A stretch of DNA of 62,643 nt, counting the filler. It is 8 parts of 8 records of this genome, joined end to end, with 100 filler letters (N's around TTAATTAATTAA, not from the genome) between each part and the next. Parts side by side here need not be neighbours in the genome. Positions count along the whole stretch, not along the records: positions 6,371 to 18,270 come from SRR2962707_5412; positions 18,371 to 24,829 come from SRR2962707_5414; 6 more parts are not named here. One strand, written 5' to 3'. A program made the translations under genes and the position numbers. The notes beneath the pieces are model-generated. The model saw only the letters and a list, made by a program, of their open reading frames with translations. It did not search any database and was not told the origin of the DNA. This document shows, piece by piece, positions 11,776 to 21,672 of the stretch (positions within the stretch are counted from its first letter, which is position 1; each line of letters starts with the position of its first letter).

Positions 11776-13146
11776 TCAATTCCCGGTGGTGATGCCTTCG
11801 GGCTTGCCGGCAATGACAAAGGTCAGCTTATCCGGCTGGTACAGGCGTTTGGCGACGCGCTTCGCGTCATCGAGGGTCACGGCGTCGATATAACCGTTGC
11901 GCTTGTCGATATAATCAATGCCGAGGCCGTCTTCCTGCATGCCCACCAGCATGTCGGCAATCGCCGACGACGAGGTGAAGCGCAGCGGGAAAGCCCCGGT
12001 CAGATAGGTCTTGGCATCGTTGAGTTCGTCCGCCGTCGGGCCGCTCTCGGCGAATTTCTTCCAGACATCGCGGACCGTCTGCACGGTTTCGCCGACACGC
12101 GCGTTCGCGGTGCCGGACCCGCCCATCACCGCACCGGCGGCATCGAGCGGCATGAGGTAGGTATAGACGGAATAGGCCAGGCCGCGTTTTTCGCGGACCT
12201 CCTCATACAGCCGCGACACGAACCCGCCACCGCCGATGACATAGTTCAGCACATAGGCGGTATAGAAGTCCGGATCGTTTCTGAGGATGCCGGGCTGGGC
12301 GAACTGGATCGAGCTTTGCGGCACGTCGACGTCGATCACCTTGATCCCGCCGTTGAGCTTCGGCGTGATCTTTTCAAGTTTCCACGGCGTGGCTTTTTCA
12401 GGCAGCGTCCCGAACGTGCGGTCGAGATACCCTTTCAGGGTTTCCGCATCGATGTCGCCGACTACCCCGATCAGCAGATTGTTGCGGGCCAGCCGTTCAC
12501 GGACAAAACCGCGCATGTCGTCGGCGGTGATCGCCGCCATGCTTTCCAGCGTGCCGTCATTGTCGCGGGCATAGGGATGGCCTGCGAAGGCGGTCTCGAA
12601 AACCGCCCGGCTGGCAAGATTGCCGGGGTTTTCCAGATCCTGCTTGATGCCGGAGATGATCTGCGCCCTTAACCGGGTCAGCGGTTCCGGATCGAAGCGC
12701 GGTTCGTTCAGGGCCAGACGCATGTAATCGAAGGCCTCGTCACGGTATTTGTTCAGGGTGCGCAGCGTGCCGCGAAAGGTGTCGCGTCCGGCATTGAAGC
12801 GGAGCGTGATCGAGCGTTCATCGAGGGCGCGCTGAAAGGCGCTGCTGTCCATATCGCCGGCGCCTTCATCCAGCGTCGTGGCGACGAAGTTGGCGAGGCC
12901 TTCCTTGCCCTCGGGATCAAGCGCCGCGCCGCCCCGGAACGAGAACTTCATGGTCGTGATCGGATTGGTCGGGTCGTGGATCAGCCAGGCTTCGATCCCA
13001 CCCGGCGACACCACCCGTTCGACTTCCACGGCGCGGACCGGGGTCACGCTGAGCATGACGGCAGCAACGATGCCCAGCATCAGCAGACCCAGACGCCGGG
13101 TCCGGGCAGTCACCTTGTCGGTCATTCTATCCGTTATCATGTTCAT
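11776..13146 (-). CDS. M16B (pitrilysin family) peptidase, non-catalytic subunit, exported
   Basis: Signal peptide, GLANFVATTLDEGAG in place of HxxEH, and SRLYEEVREKRGLAYSVY. Confidence 0.9.
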   Translation of the reverse strand: MNMITDRMTDKVTARTRRLGLLMLGIVAAVMLSVTPVRAVEVERVVSPGGIEAWLIHDPTNPITTMKFSFRGGAALDPEGKEGLANFVATTLDEGAGDMDSSAFQRALDERSITLRFNAGRDTFRGTLRTLNKYRDEAFDYMRLALNEPRFDPEPLTRLRAQIISGIKQDLENPGNLASRAVFETAFAGHPYARDNDGTLESMAAITADDMRGFVRERLARNNLLIGVVGDIDAETLKGYLDRTFGTLPEKATPWKLEKITPKLNGGIKVIDVDVPQSSIQFAQPGILRNDPDFYTAYVLNYVIGGGGFVSRLYEEVREKRGLAYSVYTYLMPLDAAGAVMGGSGTANARVGETVQTVRDVWKKFAESGPTADELNDAKTYLTGAFPLRFTSSSAIADMLVGMQEDGLGIDYIDKRNGYIDAVTLDDAKRVAKRLYQPDKLTFVIAGKPEGITTGN

Positions 13147-14495
13147 CAGCTTTGGGGCTTCGCCAGAAGATGCGCGGTCACGTGGTGCGTGCCCTGCAGC
13201 ACGGCCTTCGCCGCTGCGGCGACGTCCGCCACTGTGACCTTGCCGATCCGCTGCAACCAGTCCTCGACATCGGCAACCGTGCCGCCGCTGGTCAGCGTCG
13301 AGCCGAAGACCCGGGCCGCGGTGCCAAAATCGTCGCGGGCAAAGACGGCGTTGTTCCGCATGCGGTCGATGGCACCGGAAACTTCGTCATTGGTTACGCC
13401 GTCCTTGAGGACGGTGCCGACCACCTGCATCACGTCGTGCTCGATTTTCGCCATGTCGACGCCCGGCTTCGGCGCGGCATAGAACCCGAACACAGACGGC
13501 CCGATATCGTCGGCGCTATAGAAGGCGCCCGCGGAAAGCGCGATGGCATCTTCGACAACCAGCTTTCTGAACAGCCGGCTGGACGGGCCACCGCCGACGA
13601 TTTCCGCAAGCACCTGCAGCGCATAGGCGTGTTCGGTCGCGCCGTAATGATAGCTCGGCGCCAGATAACGCCGCGACCAGCTTTCCTGGGTGACGCGTTC
13701 GCTTTCAAGGCTTACCAGCCGGTCGGCAGCGGACGGCGGTTCGATGGTACGGTCACGGACGATGTCCGGGCCGCGCGGAATGACGCCGTAGTATTTTTCC
13801 GCCAGCGGCTTCAGCTCGGCGGCGGTGACATCACCTTCGACCACCAGCACCGCATTGTTGGGCGCATAATAGCGTTTGTAGAAAGAAAGAATCCGCTCGA
13901 CATCCAGGGCGCGGATTTCATGTTCCCAGCCGATGATCGGGCGGCGATAGGGATAGTTCAGATACAGCGCGGCGTTGACCTGCTCGCCCAATTGCGCCCC
14001 CGGATTGTTATCGGTGCGCGAGCGGCGTTCTTCGAGAACCACCTGGCGTTCCGGCGCGACCTGCTTTTCGGAAATCTGCAGATTGGTCATCCGGTCGGCT
14101 TCCATTTGCATCACCATTTCGAGCCGGTCCTTGGCGATGGTCTGGTGATAGGCCGTGTAATCATAGGACGTGAAGGCGTTTTCCTGTCCGCCATTACGCG
14201 CCACGGCGGCGGAGAACACCCCCGGGCCGAATTTGGCGGTGCCCTTGAACATCAGGTGTTCGAGGAGATGCGCGATCCCGCTTTCACCCGGCGCTTCATC
14301 GGCGGCACCGACCTTGTACCAGACCATATGGCGGACAACCGGTGCACGGTGATTGGAAATCACCACGACCTGCATGCCGTTATCGAGCGTGAATGTTTCG
14401 GGGTCGAAAATCTGCGCACGGCTTACGGACGGCACGAATAGGGCGAAGACCGTCAGGACGACCAGAACACGGGTGTATGTTCGCAAGCAGCGCAT
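13146..14495 (-). CDS. M16B (pitrilysin family) zinc peptidase, catalytic subunit, exported
   Basis: SGIAHLLEHLMFKGT (HxxEH), NAFTSYDYTAY and ERQVVLEERR. The start is uncertain (14495 or 14546). Confidence 0.92.
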   Translation of the reverse strand: MRCLRTYTRVLVVLTVFALFVPSVSRAQIFDPETFTLDNGMQVVVISNHRAPVVRHMVWYKVGAADEAPGESGIAHLLEHLMFKGTAKFGPGVFSAAVARNGGQENAFTSYDYTAYHQTIAKDRLEMVMQMEADRMTNLQISEKQVAPERQVVLEERRSRTDNNPGAQLGEQVNAALYLNYPYRRPIIGWEHEIRALDVERILSFYKRYYAPNNAVLVVEGDVTAAELKPLAEKYYGVIPRGPDIVRDRTIEPPSAADRLVSLESERVTQESWSRRYLAPSYHYGATEHAYALQVLAEIVGGGPSSRLFRKLVVEDAIALSAGAFYSADDIGPSVFGFYAAPKPGVDMAKIEHDVMQVVGTVLKDGVTNDEVSGAIDRMRNNAVFARDDFGTAARVFGSTLTSGGTVADVEDWLQRIGKVTVADVAAAAKAVLQGTHHVTAHLLAKPQS

Positions 14496-14655
14496 GCATC
14501 GGATATGGACCTGTTCCATCGTCAGATCAATGAGAAACCAGCCCAATCACCAAAAGGTTACAAAGATTTAAAATAAGACGGCGATAGCGGCGCATTGCCG
14601 CATCCCGGCAATTGCCGCTGGGCATGCCCTGCATGACCATTCTATCCTGTCATTT

Positions 14656-15198
14656 ATGAATGACGTGAACGATGTCCCCGACGACTGTATCTGCCGGCGC
14701 CTGCTCGACCTCGGGATCGTCGCTGCCGTGGAAGACGCCCCGCATCGCGACGAGATGTTCGTCGCCATTCAGGCCTGTCTCGACAAGGGGTTATGCCGCC
14801 AGCGCGAACCATTGGAGACGATAGAAGAAGAGGCTGCCCCGCCGCCCGCTGTCGCCCCCGACGGATCGGCGTCCCGGCGTAAACGCTCGGACCGGCGCTC
14901 GGGCGTCGACCGGCGTCAGACCGTGACCACGCTGCCGGCCGATCAGGAACGCCGTATCAGTGGAGAGCGCCGCTCGGGCGGCGACCGGCGCGGTCTGCTG
15001 GCCGGGGAGCATTACACCCCGCAACAGGCGGTCCTGAACCTGCGTGCCTGGTGCAACGGGCATTGCCGGGGACCGTTCGACCTGCGGCTGGACACAAAAA
15101 CCGGTGAGTTGCGGTTCCATTTCGACAACCCCGACGACCGTGCGGGCTTCACCCGAATGCTGCAGAAATTCAAGGGGCTTTCGTCGCCGCAAGGCTGA
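14656..15198 (+). CDS. Hypothetical protein with (D/E)RRxxx(D/E)RR repeats and Cys pairs
   Basis: 180-aa ORF with GC-rich third codon positions like its neighbours, followed by a hairpin. No family recognised. Confidence 0.7.
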   Translation: MNDVNDVPDDCICRRLLDLGIVAAVEDAPHRDEMFVAIQACLDKGLCRQREPLETIEEEAAPPPAVAPDGSASRRKRSDRRSGVDRRQTVTTLPADQERRISGERRSGGDRRGLLAGEHYTPQQAVLNLRAWCNGHCRGPFDLRLDTKTGELRFHFDNPDDRAGFTRMLQKFKGLSSPQG

Positions 15199-15212
15199 TA
15201 CCCGCAGGCGTT

Positions 15213-15243
15213 AAAACGAAAGATGGCGGCTTTCGCCGCCATC
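15213..15243 (-). terminator. Hairpin terminator between convergent genes
   Basis: GATGGCGGC-tttc-GCCGCCATC, with a U-rich tail on the minus strand. Confidence 0.7.
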
Positions 15244-15272
15244 CGTCATCGCTTCAAAAGGAAAGTGAAGCG

Positions 15273-15773
15273 TCAGCTTCCGTGCTTGTGGTTGTGGCCG
15301 TCATGCATCCCATGCGCCGGTTCTTTCGCACCCACGCCCTGGACCACGAACTCGACCTCAACCTCGCCGGCTTTTTCGAAGACCAGCGTCAGTGGCAGTG
15401 TTTCACCCTCGACGAAAGGCTTGTTCAGCCCCATGAACATGACGTGCAGGCCGCCCGGCTGAAAAACCGTCGGTGAGCCCGGCGCCACTTCGACCCCGCC
15501 TTCGACGTGGACCATCTTCATGACGCCGCCTTCCATGATGTGATTATGAATTTCGGTGCGCTTGGCGAGGTCCGATTTGACACCGACGAGACGGTCCGCT
15601 TCATCGCCATGATTGGCGAGCGTCAGGTAAGCCGCACCGGCTTTGGCGGGTCCAGCCGATGCACGGGCCCAGGCCTGCTCGGCGACGATGCCGTTGTGTT
15701 TCATGTCGTGTGCGCGGGATTCCGTGACGGTGAGGAGAAGACCGCATAGAGCGATCAGCAGAATCTTGTACAT
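15273..15773 (-). CDS. Periplasmic copper chaperone PCu(A)C family
   Basis: Signal peptide, WARAS..AGAAYLTL, metal motif EIHNHIMEGGVMKM..PGGLHVM and a His-rich C-terminus. Confidence 0.92.
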   Translation of the reverse strand: MYKILLIALCGLLLTVTESRAHDMKHNGIVAEQAWARASAGPAKAGAAYLTLANHGDEADRLVGVKSDLAKRTEIHNHIMEGGVMKMVHVEGGVEVAPGSPTVFQPGGLHVMFMGLNKPFVEGETLPLTLVFEKAGEVEVEFVVQGVGAKEPAHGMHDGHNHKHGS

Positions 15774-15871
15774 GTCGTATTTCCTTTTCTTTTTAATTCA
15801 AGAGGTCGGATGGGCGCAGCATCGTGCCGCGCCCATCCATTGATTGGGTCTGGAAGCTGGGCCGGTGGCGA

Positions 15872-16531
15872 TCAGGAAGCCCATCCCAGAAGATTGAATA
15901 CGACGCCTTCGACGTTTTCGAGAGTCAGGAACAGACCGACCCCGGCAACGACGGCACCGGACAGGCGTGCCTGCACTGCACCGGCATGAGACGCCTGCAA
16001 TACGTTCGATGCGAACCAACCGGCGGTAACCGCGGCCGCGTATTGCAGAACACCGAGTCCGATCAGATAGCCCATCAGAACCTGACCGCCGATCGCGCCT
16101 TCCTGTCCGGCGATGGAATCACCGAACGCGGAGCCATGGAACAGACCGAAAGCGGCAAAAATCGCCATCGCGGGGACCATGCCTAGAGCCTTCCCCGACA
16201 GGACGATGCCGCCGAGCGCCAGCAGCGACAGACCGATGACGATCTCTTTGGCGGGCAGCCCGATTCCCATCGACATGGCCAGGCAACCGATGATCATCGC
16301 GGCGATGTAGGCACCGGGCGTTGCCAGACGGTGGCCGGTAAAAAGTGCGGCGATCCCGACCAGGACGACGAAGAACAGATGATCGAAACCCAGGATCGGA
16401 TGACCGATACCCGAAAGAAGGCCGTCAGCAAAGGTCTGCATCGGCATGCCGCCAAGGGGATGGTGCGCAGAGGCGGCGGTGGGCATGAACGGTGCGGCAA
16501 CTGCTGCGCCCGCAACAAAGAATTTTCTCAT
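15872..16531 (-). CDS. hupE: HupE/UreJ-family Ni/Co transporter
   Basis: Signal peptide ending ASA-HH, GLLSGIGHPILGFDHL, FGLFHGSAFG and multiple TM helices. The start is ATG 16531. Confidence 0.9.
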   Translation of the reverse strand: MRKFFVAGAAVAAPFMPTAASAHHPLGGMPMQTFADGLLSGIGHPILGFDHLFFVVLVGIAALFTGHRLATPGAYIAAMIIGCLAMSMGIGLPAKEIVIGLSLLALGGIVLSGKALGMVPAMAIFAAFGLFHGSAFGDSIAGQEGAIGGQVLMGYLIGLGVLQYAAAVTAGWFASNVLQASHAGAVQARLSGAVVAGVGLFLTLENVEGVVFNLLGWAS

Positions 16532-16580
16532 GTTATATTCTCCTATTCGTCTCACCCGACGAATGTTTGAGGTTTCCGTT

Positions 16581-16772
16581 GGCGTGGCAGGTCTCCTGGC
16601 TTGCGCCTCTCTGCCAGACCCCGGCCTTCCCAGCTGATGCCAGTGACCATATCGGGGCGCGGCTAAGCGCTCACAGTTGCGGGGGCAGCTCCGGTTTCGG
16701 CCCCTGATGGGTACACCTCACCGAATTCCCTTTTCATCTGCCCGCTCGCTCGATTGGGCAGAACCACGCGCT
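16581..16772 (-). ncRNA. Cobalamin (AdoCbl) riboswitch
   Basis: On the minus strand: GGTT..AAAAGGGAATTCGGTG..GAAACCGGAGCTGCCCCCGCAACTGTGAG..GTCACTGG..GCTGGGAAGG..AGCCAGGAGACCTGCC, with P1 pairing GCGTGG/CCACGC. It lies directly upstream of hupE. Confidence 0.95.
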
Positions 16773-16847
16773 GAAACTTACAGTTGCAGATCATTTTTGC
16801 AAGATAGATACGGTCTTTTTTGTCCTCTTGTGCCGGGTACGGGTGAC

Positions 16848-17447
16848 TTACATCTCGCCTTCGACAACGGTCAGACCAAGTGTATGCCAGGCCTGCATGC
16901 CGCCACGATAGTAGAGGATCTTGTCAGCCGGGTATCCTTCACGGAGCATGGCTTTAATCGCCATCGGTGACTGACCGCACCAGGGACCGTTGCAGAAAAG
17001 AAGAACCTTCTCGGCTTTTGAACAGTCCCACTTGCCGACACTGCCGGTACAGCCGATTTCGCCCAGACGGCCGGCCATTTGCGTATACGGCATATTGATC
17101 GCGCCCGGGATTGTCCCATCCAGATGCCATTCCAGGGTCCGGCCATCAATCAGTTTGCCACCGGCCTTTGCGAACTCCAGCAACTCTACTTCGCCAACCG
17201 TGGTTACGCCTGGCGCAACCTGCATCGGCTGAATGCAGAAAGGCGGGCATTTACGTGATGTTTTCGCATACTTTGGATCAATCGTCGCATCTGTGTCCTG
17301 GTTGCGCATGATCTCAACCGGACCGTTCGGCGTTTGAACCGTGACACTGGCCGTCGCCGCATTGATCTTAACGTCCAAATCAGCGGCATGGGCCGTTGTC
17401 GCAAACATAACAAAGGCCATGGCGATGCCTGAAAAGAATCTAGTCAT
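16848..17447 (-). CDS. Periplasmic rhodanese-like sulfurtransferase
   Basis: Signal peptide (AHA), CPPFCIQP, LIDGR..GTIPGAIN, active-site loop FCNGPWCGQS and YYRGGMQAW. Confidence 0.88.
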   Translation of the reverse strand: MTRFFSGIAMAFVMFATTAHAADLDVKINAATASVTVQTPNGPVEIMRNQDTDATIDPKYAKTSRKCPPFCIQPMQVAPGVTTVGEVELLEFAKAGGKLIDGRTLEWHLDGTIPGAINMPYTQMAGRLGEIGCTGSVGKWDCSKAEKVLLFCNGPWCGQSPMAIKAMLREGYPADKILYYRGGMQAWHTLGLTVVEGEM

Positions 17448-17560
17448 GGATATTCCTCATTTCATATGCCCGTTGGCGTGGAGATTTTCTGAATTATTCA
17501 TCATCAAATGATATTATATAAATAGTGAATATGTCGAGGTGGGATTGCCGTTGGGCCGGG

Positions 17561-17648
17561 CCTCATCTCAAAATCATCCACGCCCATGGCGGGGCCCCGG
17601 GTCGCAAGGATCGCATGTTTCGAGACGCCAAGCGCCTCAGCATGGGGG
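17561..17648. repeat. Degenerate alphaproteobacterial palindromic intergenic repeat
   Basis: CCTCATC...GTCGCAAGGA..TTTCGAGACGC..GCGCCTCAGCATGGGG resembles the CCTCATCCTGAGG..GTCTCGAAGG..TTCGAGACG..CCTCAGGATGAGG repeat type. Confidence 0.4.
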
Positions 17649-17746
17649 AAGACAGGGATCGATAAACATCGCATATCGTCATCCCATCAGGACGACAACG
17701 GTGAGACTTAAGTGAACGAAAATGCCAGCCGGGAACGGGCGCGGCC

Positions 17747-18270
17747 CTAGAACTCGAGCAGGCCCTTGGTGCCGCGGGCTTTCTTCACCTGCGGGGTTTC
17801 GCCATCGGTAATCGGCTTGCCCAGCGCCTGGTTTTCGCGGATGCGCTGCTGTTCCTTTTCGGCATCGACGACGGTTCCTTCATAGGGCTTGTCGTCGACC
17901 CAGAAGATCATCTTGTCGGCGAGGCGCTTGTCTTCCTTGGACAGCAGCGTGGTCTCGGCATTGACGACCTCGCGGATCGCCGGGTCGGCGTTGCTGGCGC
18001 CGGTTTTGGCCATGATCGCGTTGAGCCCGTCGGACAGGTTCGGGTCGGCCTGCGGGGCATTGCCGATCGTCGCCTGGCGTTGCAGCAGTGCGGCGCGGGC
18101 CTGGTCGGTCGGCGAAATCGCCTGCGGACCGGACTCACCGTCGCTCGGCGGACGCAGCGAGAATTCCGGCGGCAGGCTGAGCGGCGGACGCTGATAGACA
18201 ACGAATTCGTCCGGCGCGTCCTTGGAACGGCTCAGAACTTTCTTCGCCGACTCGCACGCGCTGAGCGTGA
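17747..18270 (-). CDS. DUF3035-family lipoprotein, 5'-truncated at the contig end
   Basis: The open frame runs to the contig end: LSAC (lipobox)..KDAPDEFVVYQRPPLSLPPEFSLRPP..ADPAIREVVNAE. Confidence 0.85.
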
Positions 18271-18370
18271 NNNNNNNNNNNNNNNNNNNNNNNNNNNNNN
18301 NNNNNNNNNNNNNNTTAATTAATTAANNNNNNNNNNNNNNNNNNNNNNNNNNNNNNNNNNNNNNNNNNNN
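18271..18370. other. Artificial contig-joining spacer 2
   Basis: Same N44-TTAATTAATTAA-N44 structure. Confidence 0.99.
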
Positions 18371-18426
18371 AAGGGGGGAAAAAAAAAAAAAAAAAAAACG
18401 CGCAAGAGCAGCAAGCAGGGAGAAGG

Positions 18427-21400
18427 ATGGCCGCAGAGCTGGACGACGAGGATGGGTACCCAATCGTGGAGGGCGTGTTCGTGACCCCTGAATCTGAATC
18501 TGACAACAACAACAAAGACGACGACGACCTCGAAGGCATGGACCTGGCCTCTCTCTCGCGAGACCTCGACCACTTCCACGAGAACGAGGCCGTGCAAGTG
18601 GCGCTGGCCCACAACGTGGACTTGACCGCCTACTCGCGCACCACCGACGCCGAGCTCCAAGAACTCGAAGATGACGTCATTGCCCAGCACTTTGCCGAGG
18701 CAGACAAGGTGGCAGGGCTCGCGGTGGACATGGACAAGTGCGGGGCGATGCTGGAGAAAATGCAGGACATGCTGCAGCTGTTCCAGAAGAACTTGTCCCA
18801 GGTCAGCGCGGAGATGCGCCGGTTGCAGAACGGCTGCGAGGACTTGGACACGAAGCTCAAGAACCGCCGCCGCGTGGAGCGCCGCCTGCGCAAGTTCATC
18901 GAGCACATTGTGGTGTCTCCTGCGATGAAGCACACGATCGAGACGCAGCCGGTCAAAGATGCGACTTTTGCGAAGGCGCTGGCAGTGCTCAACGAGAAGA
19001 TATCGTTCATTCGCGCTGGAATGGATGTGGCATTACTTGGGGCTACAGAACGCGTTCGTGGCAGCACTCCGTCCGTGAATGGCAAAAAGGGCTCGGAAAA
19101 AGGCAGAGACGACGTGTCGCTCCGATCGGCCCGGTTGTCGTGGCTTGGCGGCGTCCGCCCAGCTGACACAGTATCGGTGCAACAAATCATCCCAGACCTC
19201 GAGGATCTGCGGCGGACGGCTGTTGGTCGAATCCAGGAATTTTTTGTGTCGATCTTCACAGATATTCGTCAGGCAGAAGGGGAGCAAGGTGCCCAAATGA
19301 TGCTCCAGAACAGTCTACAGAAACACACGGTGCGCTTTTGGGGGTAAGGGGCCGTGGATATAGTGGGGATGATGTTGATGTATGCGTTAACCGAGCAATC
19401 CCGCATCCCCGTTGCATTTTGCCGTGCAGGAGTTACTGTCTTTTCTTCGATCGCACGCTCCAACGATGGTAAAAGTGCTCCAAGAATCATACACGAAAAC
19501 AATCGAGCGCCTGTTTGGCAACACTTTCAAGACATATTTGCAAGGATTGCTCAAGGCTGGGCAACAAGCAGACGGAAAGAATGACCTTATCGTTGTTGAC
19601 GAAAACGCGCGCAAAGGCCTCTTTTCAACAAAGGTTGACATGTCACGCATGAGCAACTCGTTTGTGCTCGGCCCTCGTATCAAGGTGCGGCATGGCTAAT
19701 CCTTGCGTTGAGTTCCGTTGTTCTAGTTTTCGAATGCGCGCCTGTTTGCTTATGCGGCGCATGCCAACAACTGTTTTTTGCCGAAGGTTCTCGACGATCT
19801 CAGCGGGTTCATGCCAGTGACAGTGGAAGAAGCTGCAGCGGAGAGCCTCCGAGTCGAATGGACGTTCCGATCCTTTCTCAAACGTTTGAAGGAAACTGTG
19901 AGTTTTGTGCGGACCATCTTTTATCCAGTTTGTAATCATTGAACGCCCGTGTGCGCATTACCCTGCCCTCCTGACGTCCCACGTGACCATCAACTTCGAC
20001 TCCTTGCCAGGCAATTCTTGAAACCGAGTTTCTCGTTCGGTTTTTTGGGGACGCTCATACCAATGAAATGTTCCAGACAATGTTCGCGAGGGTGTTCAAC
20101 GACTGTCGACGGGTAGTTGCTGACTTTGTCGAGCGAAATTTTGACATGGTTGGGCTCCTTCTCGTTGTGATGCTTATTGCCCGCTACAGTGAGGGCCGTG
20201 GCGCTGCAGAGCGGTACCTAAGGCCTTTCTTTGCCAGTATTTTGAGCTTGGTACGTGCCATGTGTTCCCTTATTGAGGTGGATTGGCGAGCGTGGCTTCG
20301 CCATATCAGCGTTCGTTTTTGATAAGCACGTGCCTTATCCTGTTTTTCTGATTGGCTGAAGGTGAACACTCGTTTTGATGCCGTTGTGCAAGCGTCTTTG
20401 GAGAATTTGAAGAATGCCAATCCCCGAAGAATGGGCGCAGTTGATCTCCACCCGCATGTATGCATGAAAAACCCTCCCCTCCGCACTCAGATTGAGCTCG
20501 CCTTTCGCCGTGTTTGTGCCCTGCAGAAGTTTGATTGATTCAGTCGAGGGGGTTGGTTTTACAATTGCTGCTGCCAATTGTGCCTGCCCAGGTGGCGTCC
20601 AGGCGATTTGCGGAGATGGTGGTGTGCGTGCACACACTGAAAGGTCTCATTGTCGAAGCTTATGGTCAACAGCATTCTGATTTGGAGATTCAACTCGAGT
20701 TTATCCCACATTCGCTCATAAGCTGTTTGTCGGAGTTGACGATGCGCTTTGTGGAGCTGGTTAAGCGCCTTGCCTCGCAGCACTCAAAAGTGCGAAGCAA
20801 AACCGTATTTCTGATCAACAATCTGGACCAAGTGCTGCAGTCCTTAAAAAAAGAGCACGTCGAGTTCCCAGAAATACGAACTCTACGTGCTTTGCATGCA
20901 CAGGTGCGTCGATTCCCTGTTCACGTGTACTTGGAATGATTGTCGCATTGCTCGAACGTCTGTGACAGGGCTGACTTGACTCCGGTCCTGCCTCTGCCTG
21001 CATGGTGCAGTCTTGCAGTCAGTTCGTCATGGAGCAGCTCTCCGTGCATTTCCAGCATCTCCACACCTTTATACAACAGCTCCGAGAAGACGCTGGCCTC
21101 CCTTCCGCTGAAGGCCGCGCTGTTGACTTGATGTCGTCCGTCGAAGCAGCGGACTGTGCAGCTCTGAGCAGGAAAAATGCTGGCAGCATTGAAAGGGTCG
21201 TAACTTCCTTTGCCGCAACGTGGAAGCAAGCTCTTCGAGATACAGACAAGGAGATCGTGCAGCTCTTCTCGAACTATCGGCAGGGTACCGATGTTCTCAA
21301 GCGCATCCTTGAAGAGGTGTTGACCAGTTACACCGTCTTCAGCAAAGCAACGGAGCGCCATTGCGCAAAAGTGGGTTGAGCGTTTGCTTTTTCGATTTGA

Positions 21401-21559
21401 TTTTTTCGTTTTTTTTCTGTGTCGTGCATGCTAAAATACGCCGACCGACCGTGCATTGCACTGTGTGAACAGACTGGCAAGCGACCCCTGTGCTTGTCCC
21501 AGATTGTGAGCACAAATGACATCATCACAGAGATGCGCAAGTACAGTCGCAACATTTGA
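18427..21559 (+). CDS. VPS52: Vacuolar protein sorting 52 (GARP/EARP subunit), 8 exons
   Basis: DLTAYSR..LEKMQDMLQLFQKNLSQVSAEMRRLQ..LDTKLKNRR, HPHVASRRFAE, VFLINNLDQV and C-terminal IITEMRKYS. Seven GT-AG introns join in frame. Confidence 0.92.
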
Positions 21560-21672
21560 GTGTGAAGACTTGGCGCTTGACTCACTAAGAGCAATGGATA
21601 TGGCTTGCAGTGTCTTGCTTTCTAAAAACTAGTAATCTATCATGGCAAATCAACCTTGATTCTCGGCAAATG

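Noticed and set aside
8350..14441. Long plus-strand ORFs (8350..9528, 9580..10350, 11686..12672, 13152..14441)
   Set aside because: They are antisense shadows of mutL, pgi and the M16 genes, common in high-GC DNA, and carry no motifs.
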